Assembly (NCBI GenBank): GCA_009602725.1
Contig: WELB01000009.1
Span: 1,194,957-1,254,087 of the forward strand
From: Spirogloea muscicola
Lineage: Eukaryota
Reading direction: 5' to 3'
Length of the DNA stretch: 59,131 nt
Positions within the stretch are counted from its first letter, which is position 1. Every line of letters starts with the position of its first letter. A model generated the notes under the pieces. The model was not told the DNA's origin, made no database searches, and saw only the letters and a list, made by a program, of their open reading frames with translations. A program made the translations under genes and the position numbers. This document shows positions 1 through 12,800 of this stretch, piece after piece.

Positions 1-3000
1 TGCCGCGCCTGTCCGCGCCGCCGCCGCCCGGCCGCGGCAATGGGGCCGCCGGCGGCGGCGAGGCGCAGGCTGTGGCGCAGGCGCAGCTCCAGGAGCAACA
101 GCAGCAGCGCGACGTCGCCGAGCTGAAGGAGCTGGAGCGGCAGTGGATGAAGGCTGCAGGCATGCAGTCGGATCTGCTCGTCTCCGTCGGCGGAGTCGGG
201 TACTCGGTCCACAAGTTCCCACTCTACTCCAAGACTGACTACTTCTCGCGCATCGCCAAAGACGATGAGGCTTCCGGGAAGACTCATGTCGAGGTCGTCG
301 GCCTCCCTGGCACTGAGCACGTATTCAAGCTCGTCGCCAATTTCTGCTACGGCCTCAGCCTCAACATTGACCCGAGTAACATAGCGCAGCTGCGCTGTGC
401 TGGTGAGCTCCAGCTGCCAGCCTGCAGCTACTACCAGCTTGCTTGAAGCTCCAGGAGCTTGGTGCGGATGCCATCAATAACGACCTTCCACGTCCTCTGA
501 CCATGCTGCTTCGCAGCCACGTACCTCCATATGGACGACGACACGAGGTCGGGCATGGGCTACGAGGGGAACCTTGTGTCATGGGCCGAGCAATATCTTC
601 AGGAGTACCTCAAGGACTGGAGAAAAAGCTGCCATCGTCTTAAAAGCATGCGGCACACTCCAGCCCATCGCCACCAATCTCGGCCTCGTCACTCGTTGTG
701 TTGACGCCCTCACAGCAGCCTCGGCGCAGCAGTACAAGGAGGTGGGATCAGCACGCACAGGAAGTAGGAAGCAGCGGCCAAAAGTACATAACTACCTGGT
801 TGAATGGACAGTGCGTGTACAATGAAAGTAGGATTAAGGAAATAACATACAGTTTACTTCGTCAGACAGGACCTTCCTCAAACATTACTGGAGCTAGGAA
901 CCAACACTTGCAGAGCATGGTCATAACAGACGAATTATGGATGATTTGAGACGATTGAGGACGGTACAAATGGGCAGAGTGTCTCATTGGCAAACTGCTC
1001 AAATTTTGCAGGAGGCTCTTCTTACGGAGCCCATATTCATGGCCCAGCCGATACTGGATCTTCAGCTTGACATGTTCAAAAGATTGACAGAGGGCCTGCG
1101 CGAGAATGGTGTGCCAGAGGCTGACATCAGTCGCTTGATTGAAGCCTACGGCCATGGCTGGCTACCTGACCTCACGCAACTACTTGTTCTCATAGAGAGC
1201 CCTCAGGTGCTTCTTAGCTTGACTACAAGCTGCCCCAGCATATCTTGGAGATTGTCCAGATTATCTGCAAGTAAGAAAGCAGGGGGCTTTTGCTGCATTG
1301 AAGAGAATTTGTGATTCAGTCTTTATAGCATTGAGTCTTTGCCGTATACTGCAGGCAAATACGTCCATGTTCTCTGTATGGCGAAACACTCTTGAGGTTT
1401 TGGCACAGTTGCTTCCAAGGGACAAGAGCGCAATCTCCATGGCCCACATCCTTCGTCTCTTGCGTATGTCCATGGCTCTTAAGACCAGGTTGGGACCTTC
1501 ATACCTCATGACGCTTGACCTGAGTTCCTTGAGCATTGCCCCCACTGCAAGGCTTCAGGTCTGGCATTGCTGATTGTCAAGATGGGTGTAACGAGCCAGC
1601 TATAGCTCATCATCAATAATCTGAAACTGCAGCCACCAACTCCCTGTGAAGCAGTCAGCCGAAGATGAGTTGCTGCTGGGCTTGGTTGTCGCAGTAAGGA
1701 TTCGAGAAGTCAGCTACACAAACGAGCCGGGGAGCACTTCAACCAGGCTAATGTCGCCGACCTTCTCCTTCTTGAAATCAGCGACGTTCAGGTAATCCCA
1801 AAACGTTGTGAAACAATCGGTTACATGTACCTCACTATGTGTAGGATGTATGCACTTGTACCCGGTGAAGTTTTGATTGTCCACCTGAGAAATCAAGGGG
1901 ACTACAAAATGGCAGCTCTTGATGCGTTGGCTGGTATGCCCCTTTGCCACCACACCAGACCGCATAAGTCTAGCAGGCCTTCCGGAATCTGCTTGGTGCA
2001 GGGCTTGGTTGAACGTTTCACTTCTGAAGAACACGTCAGTATGCTGTCCGAAGCTGGAAAGGCAGTCCAGGCAGCTGCAGCTCTGGTTGACAGTTATCTC
2101 CAGGAGGCTTCGAAGGATGTCAAGGGGGTTAATATCGCCTCCTTCAAGTCGCTTGCCACTTGCCTTCCGCCAGAGTCACGCCCTAGTCATGACGCACTCT
2201 ACTGGGCAATTGCAAGCTTTGTCGATGCAAATGGCCAGGTGAGCCTTCTGAGAGGCGCTGAAGTTATGTCATGGTCATCATGTTATACACATGTGTGACG
2301 TTCACAACCCATCGGCACGGGCACGATGTACTGACTTCATAGCATTGTATCGTATATTATTCTGGAGCACTTTATTGAGTGTGCCCTGTTCTAAAGAGTC
2401 ATGTCAATTGCCGCAGACATTGACAGCAGTGTCTAGGGAACACGACCTTCTGGACTTGCTGAACATCCTCTCGGCAGCGCGGTTTTCTGAGGCAGTTGCT
2501 GAGCACGCCAGCAAATTCAAGGTAAATCAAAGGCAGTGTGCACCGATGTTGAGGTCATAAAGGTAAAGACCACATTCATTATCACTAGTAGTAACTAGCC
2601 TGCAGCATATTGCTCCATTAGCTCCTGCTCCTGTGCATCGTCAAGAGCCTGCTCTCCTCGTCAACGAAGACCTCCTCAAGCTGAGGTCCATCCTTGCCTG
2701 ACTGCGTACTTGTCTAGGCGTGGCCGCTCCCATTTGTAGCCGACGTGCTGGTTTGGCAGAAATTGTACTACAGGGAGAAAGCCGACCTTGTAGTCAAAAG
2801 ACATCAAGGCCTGTTGGAGGCTTGTCAACTGGCAGCAGTAGACAACACGAAGCTCAAGGTAATTCACTTCTACAGCTTTTGTTTCCATAATACTTGACAA
2901 GTCCTAGAGCTGTCTGTGTTAAGAATGCAGCTTTCATCGTGCAAAACTGCAACCCAAAGGTCGGAGTGCTTGCAATAGCATACAGAGTCTGAAATTCATC

Positions 3001-3497
3001 CGTTTGTACTTTCATCCGTTTGTCCTTGTGTGAACAGCAAGCAAGTGAGGAGCTGCAGGCGCGCTTGAAGATGGCAGAGGCGACTGTCATCAGTGCGCGT
3101 GCATCATTGCGGGAAGAGACGCAGGAAGTGACAGAGGAGCTGGTAAACTTTAAGAACAGCAACAACGAGCTCGATGGCTTGATTGAAGCTCTCAAGGTCA
3201 GGTTGCTATGCTTGCAATCAACATGCAAATTTCAGACCGCTGTGAGCTGGTAATGCAGGATACTGCAAAGTGCACAAAGCAACATTCTTGAGAGGTTTCT
3301 TATTACTCTGGGTGCTAGATCATGCCTTGCTAACTAGGCCATAATTTTTCTTGTATCAGGATGAAAATACAAGCCTGCGAACAAAGAGGCAGGGACTACT
3401 CAGCTGCTTCCATTTCAGGCCAAGCAGTAAGCATAATTTCATACACAGGTCAACGAGCCAAAACAGAGTTCATTGCAAATTAAGTCTGCCTGCATAG
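1..3497 (+). CDS. BTB/POZ-NPH3 domain (NRL family) protein, multi-exon, 5' end upstream of window
   Basis: Exon 1 is open from the window start to 402: WMKAAGMQSDLLVSVGGVGYSVHKFPLYSK...FKLVANFCYGLSLNIDPSNIAQLRCA (BTB). Exon 517-741 gives GNLVSWAEQYL...DWRKAAIVLKACGTLQPIATNLGLVTRCVDAL. The NPH3-domain exon ~2000-2238 gives AAALVDSYLQEASKD...FKSLATCLPPESRPSHDALYWAI. A coiled-coil exon lies at ~3040-3196. The final exon and stop (3360-3497) are uncertain. Confidence 0.85.
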
Positions 3498-4929
3498 CCA
3501 TCCAGAGAGTGAGGTCATATACTAGAAATTCCCCTCGTACTTCGCCAAGGTGCTTGCTTTGTCAAGGTGATGAGGCCAAGGTACCTGGTGTCAACCTCAA
3601 TGTCAACACCTAAGTGAAATAGTAATTAAGTCGTCACTAGTAGTAGAGTGCAAAGATATTAACTGCCTGGTTGCAATCTCACATGCGTCCCATGCTTTTA
3701 CCCATAGTTGGAGCAGCACCATTTTTCAAGGTTAATGGAATGGAAGCTGAGCCAGCAGCCCAGGATCAGGAGAAAGTTACTGCTCCATGATCTCCCTATT
3801 CTGCCCCTATTTGGATGAATACTTATGAGCAGCTGGATAGTCATGGCTCCTTCTGGGACATTGATAGATGTAATTGTACAGCTGTACCAAGAAGGTGCAT
3901 TAATATATAAATACAGCCTATTAGTGTGCAGCTTAAGTGCTAGCTGCAGTGTTCCAGCTTGCAAGGTGCATGGCGGCCACCTTTCGTGCACTGGTAGTAA
4001 GCTGTGGCGGCGCCCTTTGGGGCTACTTAGACATACTTCTTGTGAAGTGTGGAGGATAGGCACAGAATTTGTTTGGATGGTTTTCTCGGATTTCAGGATA
4101 TTCAAGTTGACGATCCTAGACAATCAAGCTCACATCGTTCTTGCTACTGCTCAAGCTAAAGGACGTCATGTATTCAATGCCCCTTAAAAGTCAAAGCGTG
4201 CGACTCACCTTTGCTCTGCGACAGCAGTACAGCTGAACATGTGCAGCCTTGGATGTGGTGTAAGCAGAAACTGAGCTCAAACTACGTGAAAGTGCGAATC
4301 CTATCACGTATTGAGATATGGGAGGCTTGGTTGCGCTCTTGCATGATACATGACTATGTCGGTTGCAGGATAATTGAGACCTTGTTGACAACACAGCCAA
4401 ATTTCTCAGAGGGCACAGTATGACGATGCGTAAGCTGGCGAGGCCAATGCAATGTGATCACCAAGGAGCGTGAGGGACTGTTGTGATACGTCAAAAAGCA
4501 AAATGGGAATCTTCATGAGACGTGACCTTAAGATTGTGGCAAATTTAGCTGGGTAGCAACATGCTAGCTTGTCCATCGTGTTCCTTTTTTGGCAGAAAAA
4601 AAAATTGGTGCAAGTGTGACTGTGCACTTGCAGCAGCTTTCGAGTGTTTTTGAGCGATCCCTGACTTTTGCCTGGTCATTGGCTGCGATTGTACCAGCTT
4701 CTGATTACCAGCTGGTCATTGGCTGCAGTCGTACTGACTTGCAGCTACTGATCACGTCTTCTAAGTGGCCGTCTGTACATGCCCACTTGCTTCGTCAAGT
4801 AGTCCTGCGCTTTCACCAGGCAGCCTTTGGACTTTGTCCAATTCTCTGGGCTGTGAAAAGCCAAGGGCTAGGCGTTCACAATGAAGGAGATTCACTTTCA
4901 TGATCGCTAGTGTTGCTTTTGCGCTTACT

Positions 4930-5125
4930 TTGGCCCCTTCACACTTTGTTCATTCCTCTTCTTACATTGAAGAGCTGTTCCTTCTTTTCAGCCCTTGCAG
5001 CCATTGGGAGAGCCACTTCTCTCTCTCTTAGCATAAGAACAGCGCTTCCAAATTGACTGGTGGCTGTGAGAGGACAGCCCAAACGAATGGACAAGGTCTG
5101 GAGGGGCCGGATGGCGCATAAGAGC
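4930..5125. mobile_element. Fragments of the retroelement 3'-tail motif, tail-to-tail
   Basis: Minus copy 5030-5120 (plus strand tggctgtgagaggacagcccaaacgaatggacaaggtctggaggggccgg) and partial plus copies at 4930-5025 ending in gaagagctgttccttc and gagagccacttctct. Confidence 0.55.
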
Positions 5126-5413
5126 TCGTTCGAGCGACGCTACACCGGCTGTGGGCTTAGGGTGCCTATGTGACGCTGGCGCTGACATAAGCTGGCGCTG
5201 ACGCTGGTTCCCTCAGAGCCCCTTCGCCGGCAAAGCCGAGCCGAGCTCGCCGCAGCCGTACCCGCGGCGGCCGCGCCGCAAAGCGGGCGCTGGCGGCGGC
5301 GGCGGCGGCNGGAGCGGCGGACGGCGACCGCGCCGGTTCGACGTCGGAGCTCGACGGCGCACGGCAGCTGCGGTGGCGGCGGCGGCGGCGGCGGCGGCCG
5401 GACCGATAGGCAT

Positions 5414-5473
5414 AGGGCTTAGGGTTTAGGGTTTAGGGTTTAGGGTTTAGGAATTTAGGGTTAGGATTTAGGG
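5414..5473 (+). repeat. Interstitial plant telomere repeat (TTTAGGG)n / telo-box array, about 8 partly degenerate units
   Basis: tagggcttagggtttaggggtttagggtttagggtttaggaatttagggttaggatttaggg ends about 47 bp before the GluRS ATG. Confidence 0.9.
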
Positions 5474-5519
5474 CTCAGGTCCTGCGAGAGCGGCGGCGGC
5501 GGCGGCGGCGGCGGCGGCC

Positions 5520-8500
5520 ATGGCGACGGACGGCGGCTCGTTCGAGGTGGACCTCCCTGGCGCGGCGCCGGGCGCGGTCGTCACGCGCTTCCCGCCGGAG
5601 CCCAGTGGGTACCTCCACATCGGGCACGCCAAGGCGGCTTTGCTCAACCAGTACTTTGCGCGGAAGTACGGCGGCCGCCTCATCGTCCGGTCCGACGACA
5701 CCAACCCGGCCAAGGAGAAGGAGGAGTTCGTGGACGAGATCCTGGCCGACCTCGCCACGCTTGGCATCAAAGCTGACCAGATTACCTACACGTCCGACTA
5801 CTTCCCGCAGCTTCTGGTGAGGTCTGGGGTTTCATTTCTTGGATTTGAGTTAAAAGATTTTGGGTTCAAGGCCGTGGCTTATGCTGTAATGAGTCGTGAT
5901 GCCTCTGCCGGCATTTCTTCACAGAGTCATTTCGTGGATTATTATACTTTGCGCTACCCAGCCGCAAGCAGAGGCAGTCTTGGTGTATGGGTCTCACAGG
6001 ACTCTGAGCTGACTTTTGATGCAGTGTATTCTAAGTCATTTCTGACTCTGCTGCATAATGTTTGGTGGTGGGCTGCGACTGCTCGTGTGCATAGGAGCTG
6101 GCAGAGAAGCTCATTGGGGAGGGGAAGGCGTACGTGGACGACACGCCGCTGGAGAAGATGCGCGAGGAGCGCATGGAAGGCATCGAGTCCGCGCGGCGCA
6201 GCCAGGCCGTGGACGAGAACGTGCAAATGTGGCAGGAGATGAAGGCTGGGTCGTCGACCGGCCGGACGTGCTGCCTCCGAGGCAAAATGGACATGACTGT
6301 GAGCGCTCCTGCAGCCTTTCAACCCAATCCCTCCCTGTTCATCCATGATCAAACCTCTCGATGACGGCCAGCACTTCAGGGTTCAGTGTTAGGAACTTGA
6401 TTCTTGCTGAAATGTGAAGCACAAATGGGTTGACACGGTTGGTCAGTTGTCAGGCTAAGGCTTCTGGGTTAATGGCAGTGACTTTGATCAAGATAAGGGG
6501 TCAAGGAGGGTGAAAATCGTGTAGTGATCTCAGGTAGAAGGTCAGAGGCGTCGGTCCAAGTGTTTGTCTTCGTCTTTGCCCTCCCTTCCTCCAACTTCCT
6601 CTATATATATAATCTACTGACCCTTATTTACTGGTGAGCCTACCCTTGCTGTCCTAGATTGCCTGTCTTTGGAAATTCATTCTTTCACAATCTTGTGGGC
6701 TCATCCAAACACTGCATGTGCTGGCCACGGCCAGGCGCCGAACAAGGTGATGCGAGACCCGGTGTACTACCGCTGCTTGCTGATGCCGCACCACCGTGTT
6801 GGGGACAAGTACAATGTGTACCCCACGTATGACTTTGCCTGCCCAGTGGTGGACAGCATTGAGGGCGTCACACATGCATTGCGGTCCAGCGAGTACCACG
6901 ATCGCAATGAGCAGTACTATCGCGTACTGGAGGTGAACCTCCACTGACTCCTTGCACCCTATTATCCACTGACTCCTTGCACCCTATTATCCATATAAGC
7001 TCGTGCTTTTAAAGGCTCTGCATCGTGTCTCAGCTTTATAGTGAGGCTGTTCAGTAAGCAGTTTGCCTGTGCCGGTTATCAATTTTGGATGGGTGCGCAA
7101 ATGTTGCGGTTTGGTAAGACCATTGTTGAGCAGGTTCTACATAATATGTGCCCCTCCTGCCTCCTAACCATCAATTTGCTCGACTCTGCTGACAGTGATT
7201 GGCACCTTGTTGCCCAACAGGACCTGGGACTGCGCAAGGTGCACGTTTGGGACTTCAGCCGCCTCAACTTTCAGTACACACTGCTGTCTAAGCGCAAGCT
7301 GCAGTGGTTCGTAGACAACGGCAAGGTTGAGGGTTGGGACGACCTGCGATTCCCTACCGTGCAAGGCTTGGTGCGCCGCGGACTCACTGTCGAGGCGCTC
7401 ACGCAGTTCATCTTATCCCAGGTGTTGCTTCCTCACAGTCAAGCTCTCACTCCCTTAATGCCGTACTCACTATGTGGAGTATGCAGTGCACGTCGTAGCT
7501 TGTAGAGCATTTTGTTGCTCTTCTTTGATCCTGGTAGGTCTGAAAGTGTTGTGAGATGTTACTCACCCAGCTCTTCCCCTGATAAGAGAGTGTCTTAAGC
7601 AGGCTTGGTGAAGTATAGTTTCCCAAAAGGCATGCTCTCCAACTGCTCGTTACATCAATGGTAGTGGCATATCGTTGAGAACATTTGTGCAGCAGATTGA
7701 GAACAGTCAGTTGCTGGTCCAGATATTGAAACTCCAGATGTGATACTCCTATTCAGGGCGCTTCCAAGAATCTAAATCTGATGGAGATGGACAAGCTTTG
7801 GACAATGAACAAGAAGGTGATTGACCCAGTATGTCCACGGCACACCGCCGTGCTGGTGGAGGGCCGGGTGCCCTTTGAGCTTCACAATGGGCCGGAGGAG
7901 CCATTCGTGCGCATTGTGCCCAAGCACAAGAAGTACGAGCCCGCTGGTGAGGACGGCTCATTACTAAGTCGAGTAAGGGCTAGGGTCAATGCTAGAGGGT
8001 CTGGATCAGGACTAGATTCCTTTGATTGTTTGATATATATCAAGGACGCAATACTTGTTAAATAGGACACTGCGTTCAAAGGGTCAGGGCTTCGGCTTTA
8101 AAGCACCATAGCCAATCTCATCTCTGTCCTTTATACTGTTGTGGTTGGCAGGGATGAAGGTGACGACTTTTGCACGGCGGGTCTGGCTTGAGCAAGCGGA
8201 TGCCGCGGCGGTGGCTGAGGGCGAGGAGGTGACGCTCATGGACTGGGGCAACGCCTTCGTGCGGCGGGTAATGCGGACTGAAGACGGCGGCGCGGTGGCG
8301 GCACTGGAGGGGGATCTCCACATTGAGGGAGATGTGAAGAAGACCAAGCTGAAGCTCACATGGCTGGCCGACATGGACGAGCTTGTCCTGCTGACGCTCG
8401 TCGAGCTCGACAACCTGATCACCAAGAAGAAGGTACAGAAGTCAATACCTCCCTCCCCTCTACTTACATGTGATCCAGACTTTCGAGCTTGCTGTTTGTA

Positions 8501-9182
8501 CTGATTCTCAGCTAGTATTTAGGCTTGGGCTCGCGATTGGCATGAGAAGCCTGATTTGCGTCAGAGCATGACACAAGTTCGCTGTCACAGGTTGTGAGGG
8601 CTCAGATGTTAGTGTCGATGCATTGTTGAATTAGTTCGATACATTGCAGTAGCTGGCTAATCTGAAGGGCGAGACAGCTTCATACTCACAAGCTGGCATG
8701 CGGCATGCTGCCAGCTAGAGGACGACGAGGACTTCACAACAGTCCTCAACCCTCGCACACGGATGGAGACGGCAGCGTTGGGCGATGCTAACATGCGCAA
8801 CGTGAAGAAGGGCGACATCCTGCAGCTGGAGCGCAAGGGCTACTTCATCTGCGACGCTCCATACGTGCGCCATACTCGCCCGGCGGTGCTGATTGCCATC
8901 CCAGACGGGCGCGCGCCCAAGGCCAAGGAGGCGCCGCCTGCTGCGGCGGCAGCGCCTGAGCCGCCGAAGCTGTCCAAGAAGCAGCGCGAGGCAGCCAAGC
9001 GGGAGGCGCAGAGGAAGAAGGAGCAGGAGAAGCTCGCAGAGGGCGGAGCTGAGCCGCCCGCCGCCCCCGAGGGCAGCGCCGAGAACGGGCTGCTCCGGCC
9101 GGCGACGGACGAGCTGGCTAGCCTGAGCCTGCAGGACGGAACGCCAGCGCCGTCACAACAAGCAGCAATGGAGCTGGTCTAG
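5520..9182 (+). CDS. Glutamyl-tRNA synthetase, cytosolic/eukaryotic type, 7 exons (approx. 5520-5816, 6095-6298, 6735-6932, 7221-7401, 7757-7946, 8152-8432, 8715-9182)
   Basis: Motifs [18 protein letters not shown] (HIGH), [42 protein letters not shown] (KMSKS equivalent), [10 protein letters not shown] and [16 protein letters not shown] boundaries give a continuous frame. Confidence 0.95.
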
Positions 9183-9484
9183 ATCTGCTATGACTGGAAA
9201 CCCATTAGACAATGCAAGTCCTTATCTTGTTCACGACCATACCTCGGTTCGACAGTCTCTCGAGCTTTGCTCAGCGTGCTCGGCTTCGCACACGGCGGCC
9301 GCCTCCTGGCTGCTGCGGCACAGCTGCGGCACGGTGCTGGAGAGGGCGAGGCTCGGCACGGCACCAGCACCAGCCTGTACGTCAGTGGCAGGCGACGCTT
9401 GCCCCCTCAGTTGGGTAAAGATCGGTTTGGCGACTAAGAACAGAGCCCTGTGACCCTGAAACCCTACATGTGAAATATAGTCTT

Positions 9485-9660
9485 AATCGAAACGGCTCTT
9501 CTAATATAAGGCAATGGCTGTGAGAGGCCAGCCCAAAGGACTGTGCAAGAACTGGAAGGGCCGAAATGCGCAAAGTGCATGAAGCTACTCTTATTGGATC
9601 CTGCGAGTGGGCGCTCAATGACCTCTAGTCGGCAAGTGCCAGATCAGACCTTCGGAAGCC
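9485..9660 (-). mobile_element. 5'-truncated 3' end of CRE/RLE-like non-LTR retrotransposon
   Basis: Reverse complement reads tctgatctggcacttgccgactagaggtcattga (degenerate SDL..TRGH-stop), then tttgggctggcctctcacagccattgcc...agaagagcc, the family 3' motif. Confidence 0.6.
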
Positions 9661-9793
9661 CGTATCCTAAACCCCCAAAGACCCCAACTCCTTAAATCAA
9701 AACCGTAAGCCAATGAATTTCTCCCTAGACCAGTGTTTTCTCCTCGGACGTCGCGTCAACGCGGTGATCGAGGAGTTCGTCGGTTGCAACGGT

Positions 9794-9826
<33 letters not shown>

Positions 9827-12800
9827 ATGCCGGCGGCGGCGCCGCCGGGCCGGCTGCTGCCGGTACTGGCGGCGTGGGTCGTGGCGCCGGGCATCTTCCT
9901 CGTCGCGCGTGCCGCCGTGCGCGCCGCGGTCTCGGGCTCCCTGCCGGACCTCCTCGCCTTCGTCGGTGCGCGCCATGGAGCCGAGACCTCCGCCGTCGTC
10001 GTCGACGGCGGCTCCATGGCCATGAGCTCTGGACCCGCTCGACGCCGAGCCCGTCAGGGTTTAGGGTTTAGGTTTTCGGATTATGGTTTAGGAATTCAGG
10101 GTTTAGTGTTTAGCGTCGCTCAGGGTTGTTGGTCGAGCTGGGGCTCTGGCCGTCGTGGGGACTGTCACGTTGGAGCCCCGGCGGTGTCCCAAGGCTGGGG
10201 TGGCTTTAGTGAGGAATATGTTAAACTGAGGGTTTTGGGCAGCATTAGGGGGTCGGATTCAGGGCTTCAGTAACCGGGGTTTAAGGATGGAGTGCCTAAT
10301 CAGTGATGCATGGCCGAATTAGCTAAGTACAAAGGCGAATGGGTCTGAGGTGTAACTATGTAAATGACCACTTAAGAGTTCATACAGATGGTATATGTGA
10401 TGTGGGTGCTCACCTGCTTACCGCTGGCCGCGGTGATCGAGCGCCAGCTCTTCCACTGGCGGCGTGGGTGGCGTCCCTCAAGCTCCTCCGGCAGCGCCTC
10501 CTCGCGCCGCTCTTCCCGCCCAGCTTCCTCGCCGCCGTCATCACCCTCCACGTCCTCACCTACGCTGTCCACCTGGCACGAGGTGCATGCCAGAACGTCA
10601 CCGATATTGTAATCAGCTAACCACCCACATTGTGTCACACCAAGTCAATTCTAGGAGCGATTCACTTATTACCACAGTTTCAATGGCTTGATTTGGTGCA
10701 AGCTTTCTGAGCATCAATGAGAAGGGTGCATTCCTCAAAGAAGTTCTGCTCCTTTGCAGAGGTTGCCGTGGCCAACTCCGTGGTCTTCTGCACCAGTGCC
10801 ACTGCTCTTGTCGTGACATTTGCCAGGTTTGTCAATGCCCAAGGGTGTCAGCAGACCAGTACTCTTTGATGGTAGCACAGACTCAGAGGAAGACAGATTG
10901 GGTTCACCTCCGAATGGATTTCAGAAGTAGCTCAAGATCATTGGGCAGCGGATCACTAGTTGAGCCCTTGCGTAAGCCGGCTGATGTGGTGGTGATCGCC
11001 TTTCATGCAGGGCACTGCGTAGCGATCCAGGCAGGCTCCAGAAGGCCTCAGCCAAGCAGCCTCACGTGGAGCTCTGCAAAGTAGATGAAGACGCAACTCA
11101 CAACAACTCAAAGAATTCTTCGGAGCTTGAATCCCTGGTTGCTGTAGAGTCTGGCCAGGTTGATCTCATACTTCTCTTATCTGTACCAATCTGATGAACT
11201 GCAGCCATATGCCAACAATTATCATGAGCTGGCTACTTTGTCAAGGCCGTCTGCCAAAGTTGTTGAGGTGAGGTGCTTAATTTGTGTCTTGCAGGCCCGT
11301 CAAATGACATCGAGTGATTGTGAGGCAGGGCTTGGGCCTCACTTGTTGGCTGATCCAGGAGGTGCTGCAGAGGTGACTCCCCAGTCTTTGACAGGTCCTA
11401 CCCTGTCAACGAGTGAGCATCCACCTCCGCAGCAGTGGCCGAGTTACCAGCTGCAGTATTACACGCCGCCAACGTACTGCTCTGTGTGTCAAGTAAGCCG
11501 CTGGTCTCAGTCTGATGCGTCTCATCATCGTGATAATGGCACCCTGTTTTGATTGATGAAGGTGTCCATTGGAAATAATGAATTTAACGCACAACTGGTG
11601 CAGAACCACATCCTTGCCTGGTTGACCTCTCAAACCTTGGCGCGCATGTTGACTGGCTGCTTTTACAACAGGCCCCCTTCAAGCTCCGCTCCTGGCACTG
11701 CAGGAAGTGCGAACACTGCACTGAGCGATTCGACCATCACTGCCCAGCCATCGCTAACTGTGTAGGTGCTTCTCCGACTTTTCTGATCATCACTTGTATC
11801 GCTTGGTCTCACCAGCCAGAGCGCTCCTTTCAAGCTGGAAGGAGCTCTGTGGCTGATATCTCTTGTATACCATTCCTTTGCTTGGCCTCTGCTTCTGAGC
11901 CTTTCAGTGAATTTCTCTTGTCCTGATATTTGACACCTGTCGATCAGGTCGTAGAAATCATCGATTATTCCTGGCCATGCTGGCATCATTCGCCTGTGCT
12001 CAGGTCTCCTTTGCATCTTGTTCGTTGGATTGTAAGTACCAAAGATTAGCAAAATCTTCAGGGTTGCTTTGAGATCCACCTAAGAAAGTTGTTTCATCTT
12101 GAAAATACAGCTGCCAATATTTGCATGCTGTCACAGCCTGCTGCTGTTGCCAAAGCAGGCATGAATATGACTTTTCAGACCCCTCAACGGTCCCTGCCTC
12201 TAGGCTCTTGTGAAACACCAGCAGCTATCTGAACCTTCAAGCAGAGTGCTTGCAGATCTGAAGAAGAAGCATTTGGTGGGCGTGTCTGCAGCAGACCGCA
12301 TGTTCTTTGGGCCAGGTGAGCCGCAGTGCAAGTTTGTCTCTTTGGTTGGTGATGGTCATTGTTCTTCTAATGAGTGCTGTTCTGATGTGCTGGTATTAAA
12401 ACCTTGGCAGTGGGAGATGTTGAGCAGCTCTGGCTTTCTTTTACTCATGTAAGCACTCAAAATCTTATTTTGTGTCTGGTACAGCATGATAGGGTTTCCT
12501 ATGGACTACCAAGTAGCTCCGAAATTGTGCCACATCTCTCCTACCTAATCTATGGCATTGCCACATTATCGATTTTGTGTAATGTGTGCTTGTTGCTTGG
12601 CTTTATAAGCATGCCTTGACAATAGCAATCATTCTTTGAACGGGTGTTTTGCAATATCGTCATTTTCATACAGGAGACATGACCTGACCAAATACAGGGC
12701 AGTCAGTGGCTACAGATTTGTACGCCATTATCAGTGAAGTCGATGTGTGGCTTTCTTGCAGGCCCTAATTAGTGAACCTTGGTTGGTGTCCATGACTTGC

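Noticed and set aside
3600..4900. Short ORFs between the NRL and GluRS genes
   Set aside because: No recognisable motif or consistent exon chain.
5414..5473. True chromosome end
   Set aside because: The tract is short, degenerate and flanked by genes on both sides.
5691..5693. C-to-U RNA editing site restoring Phe
   Set aside because: Plant C-to-U editing is organellar and this is a spliced nuclear gene.
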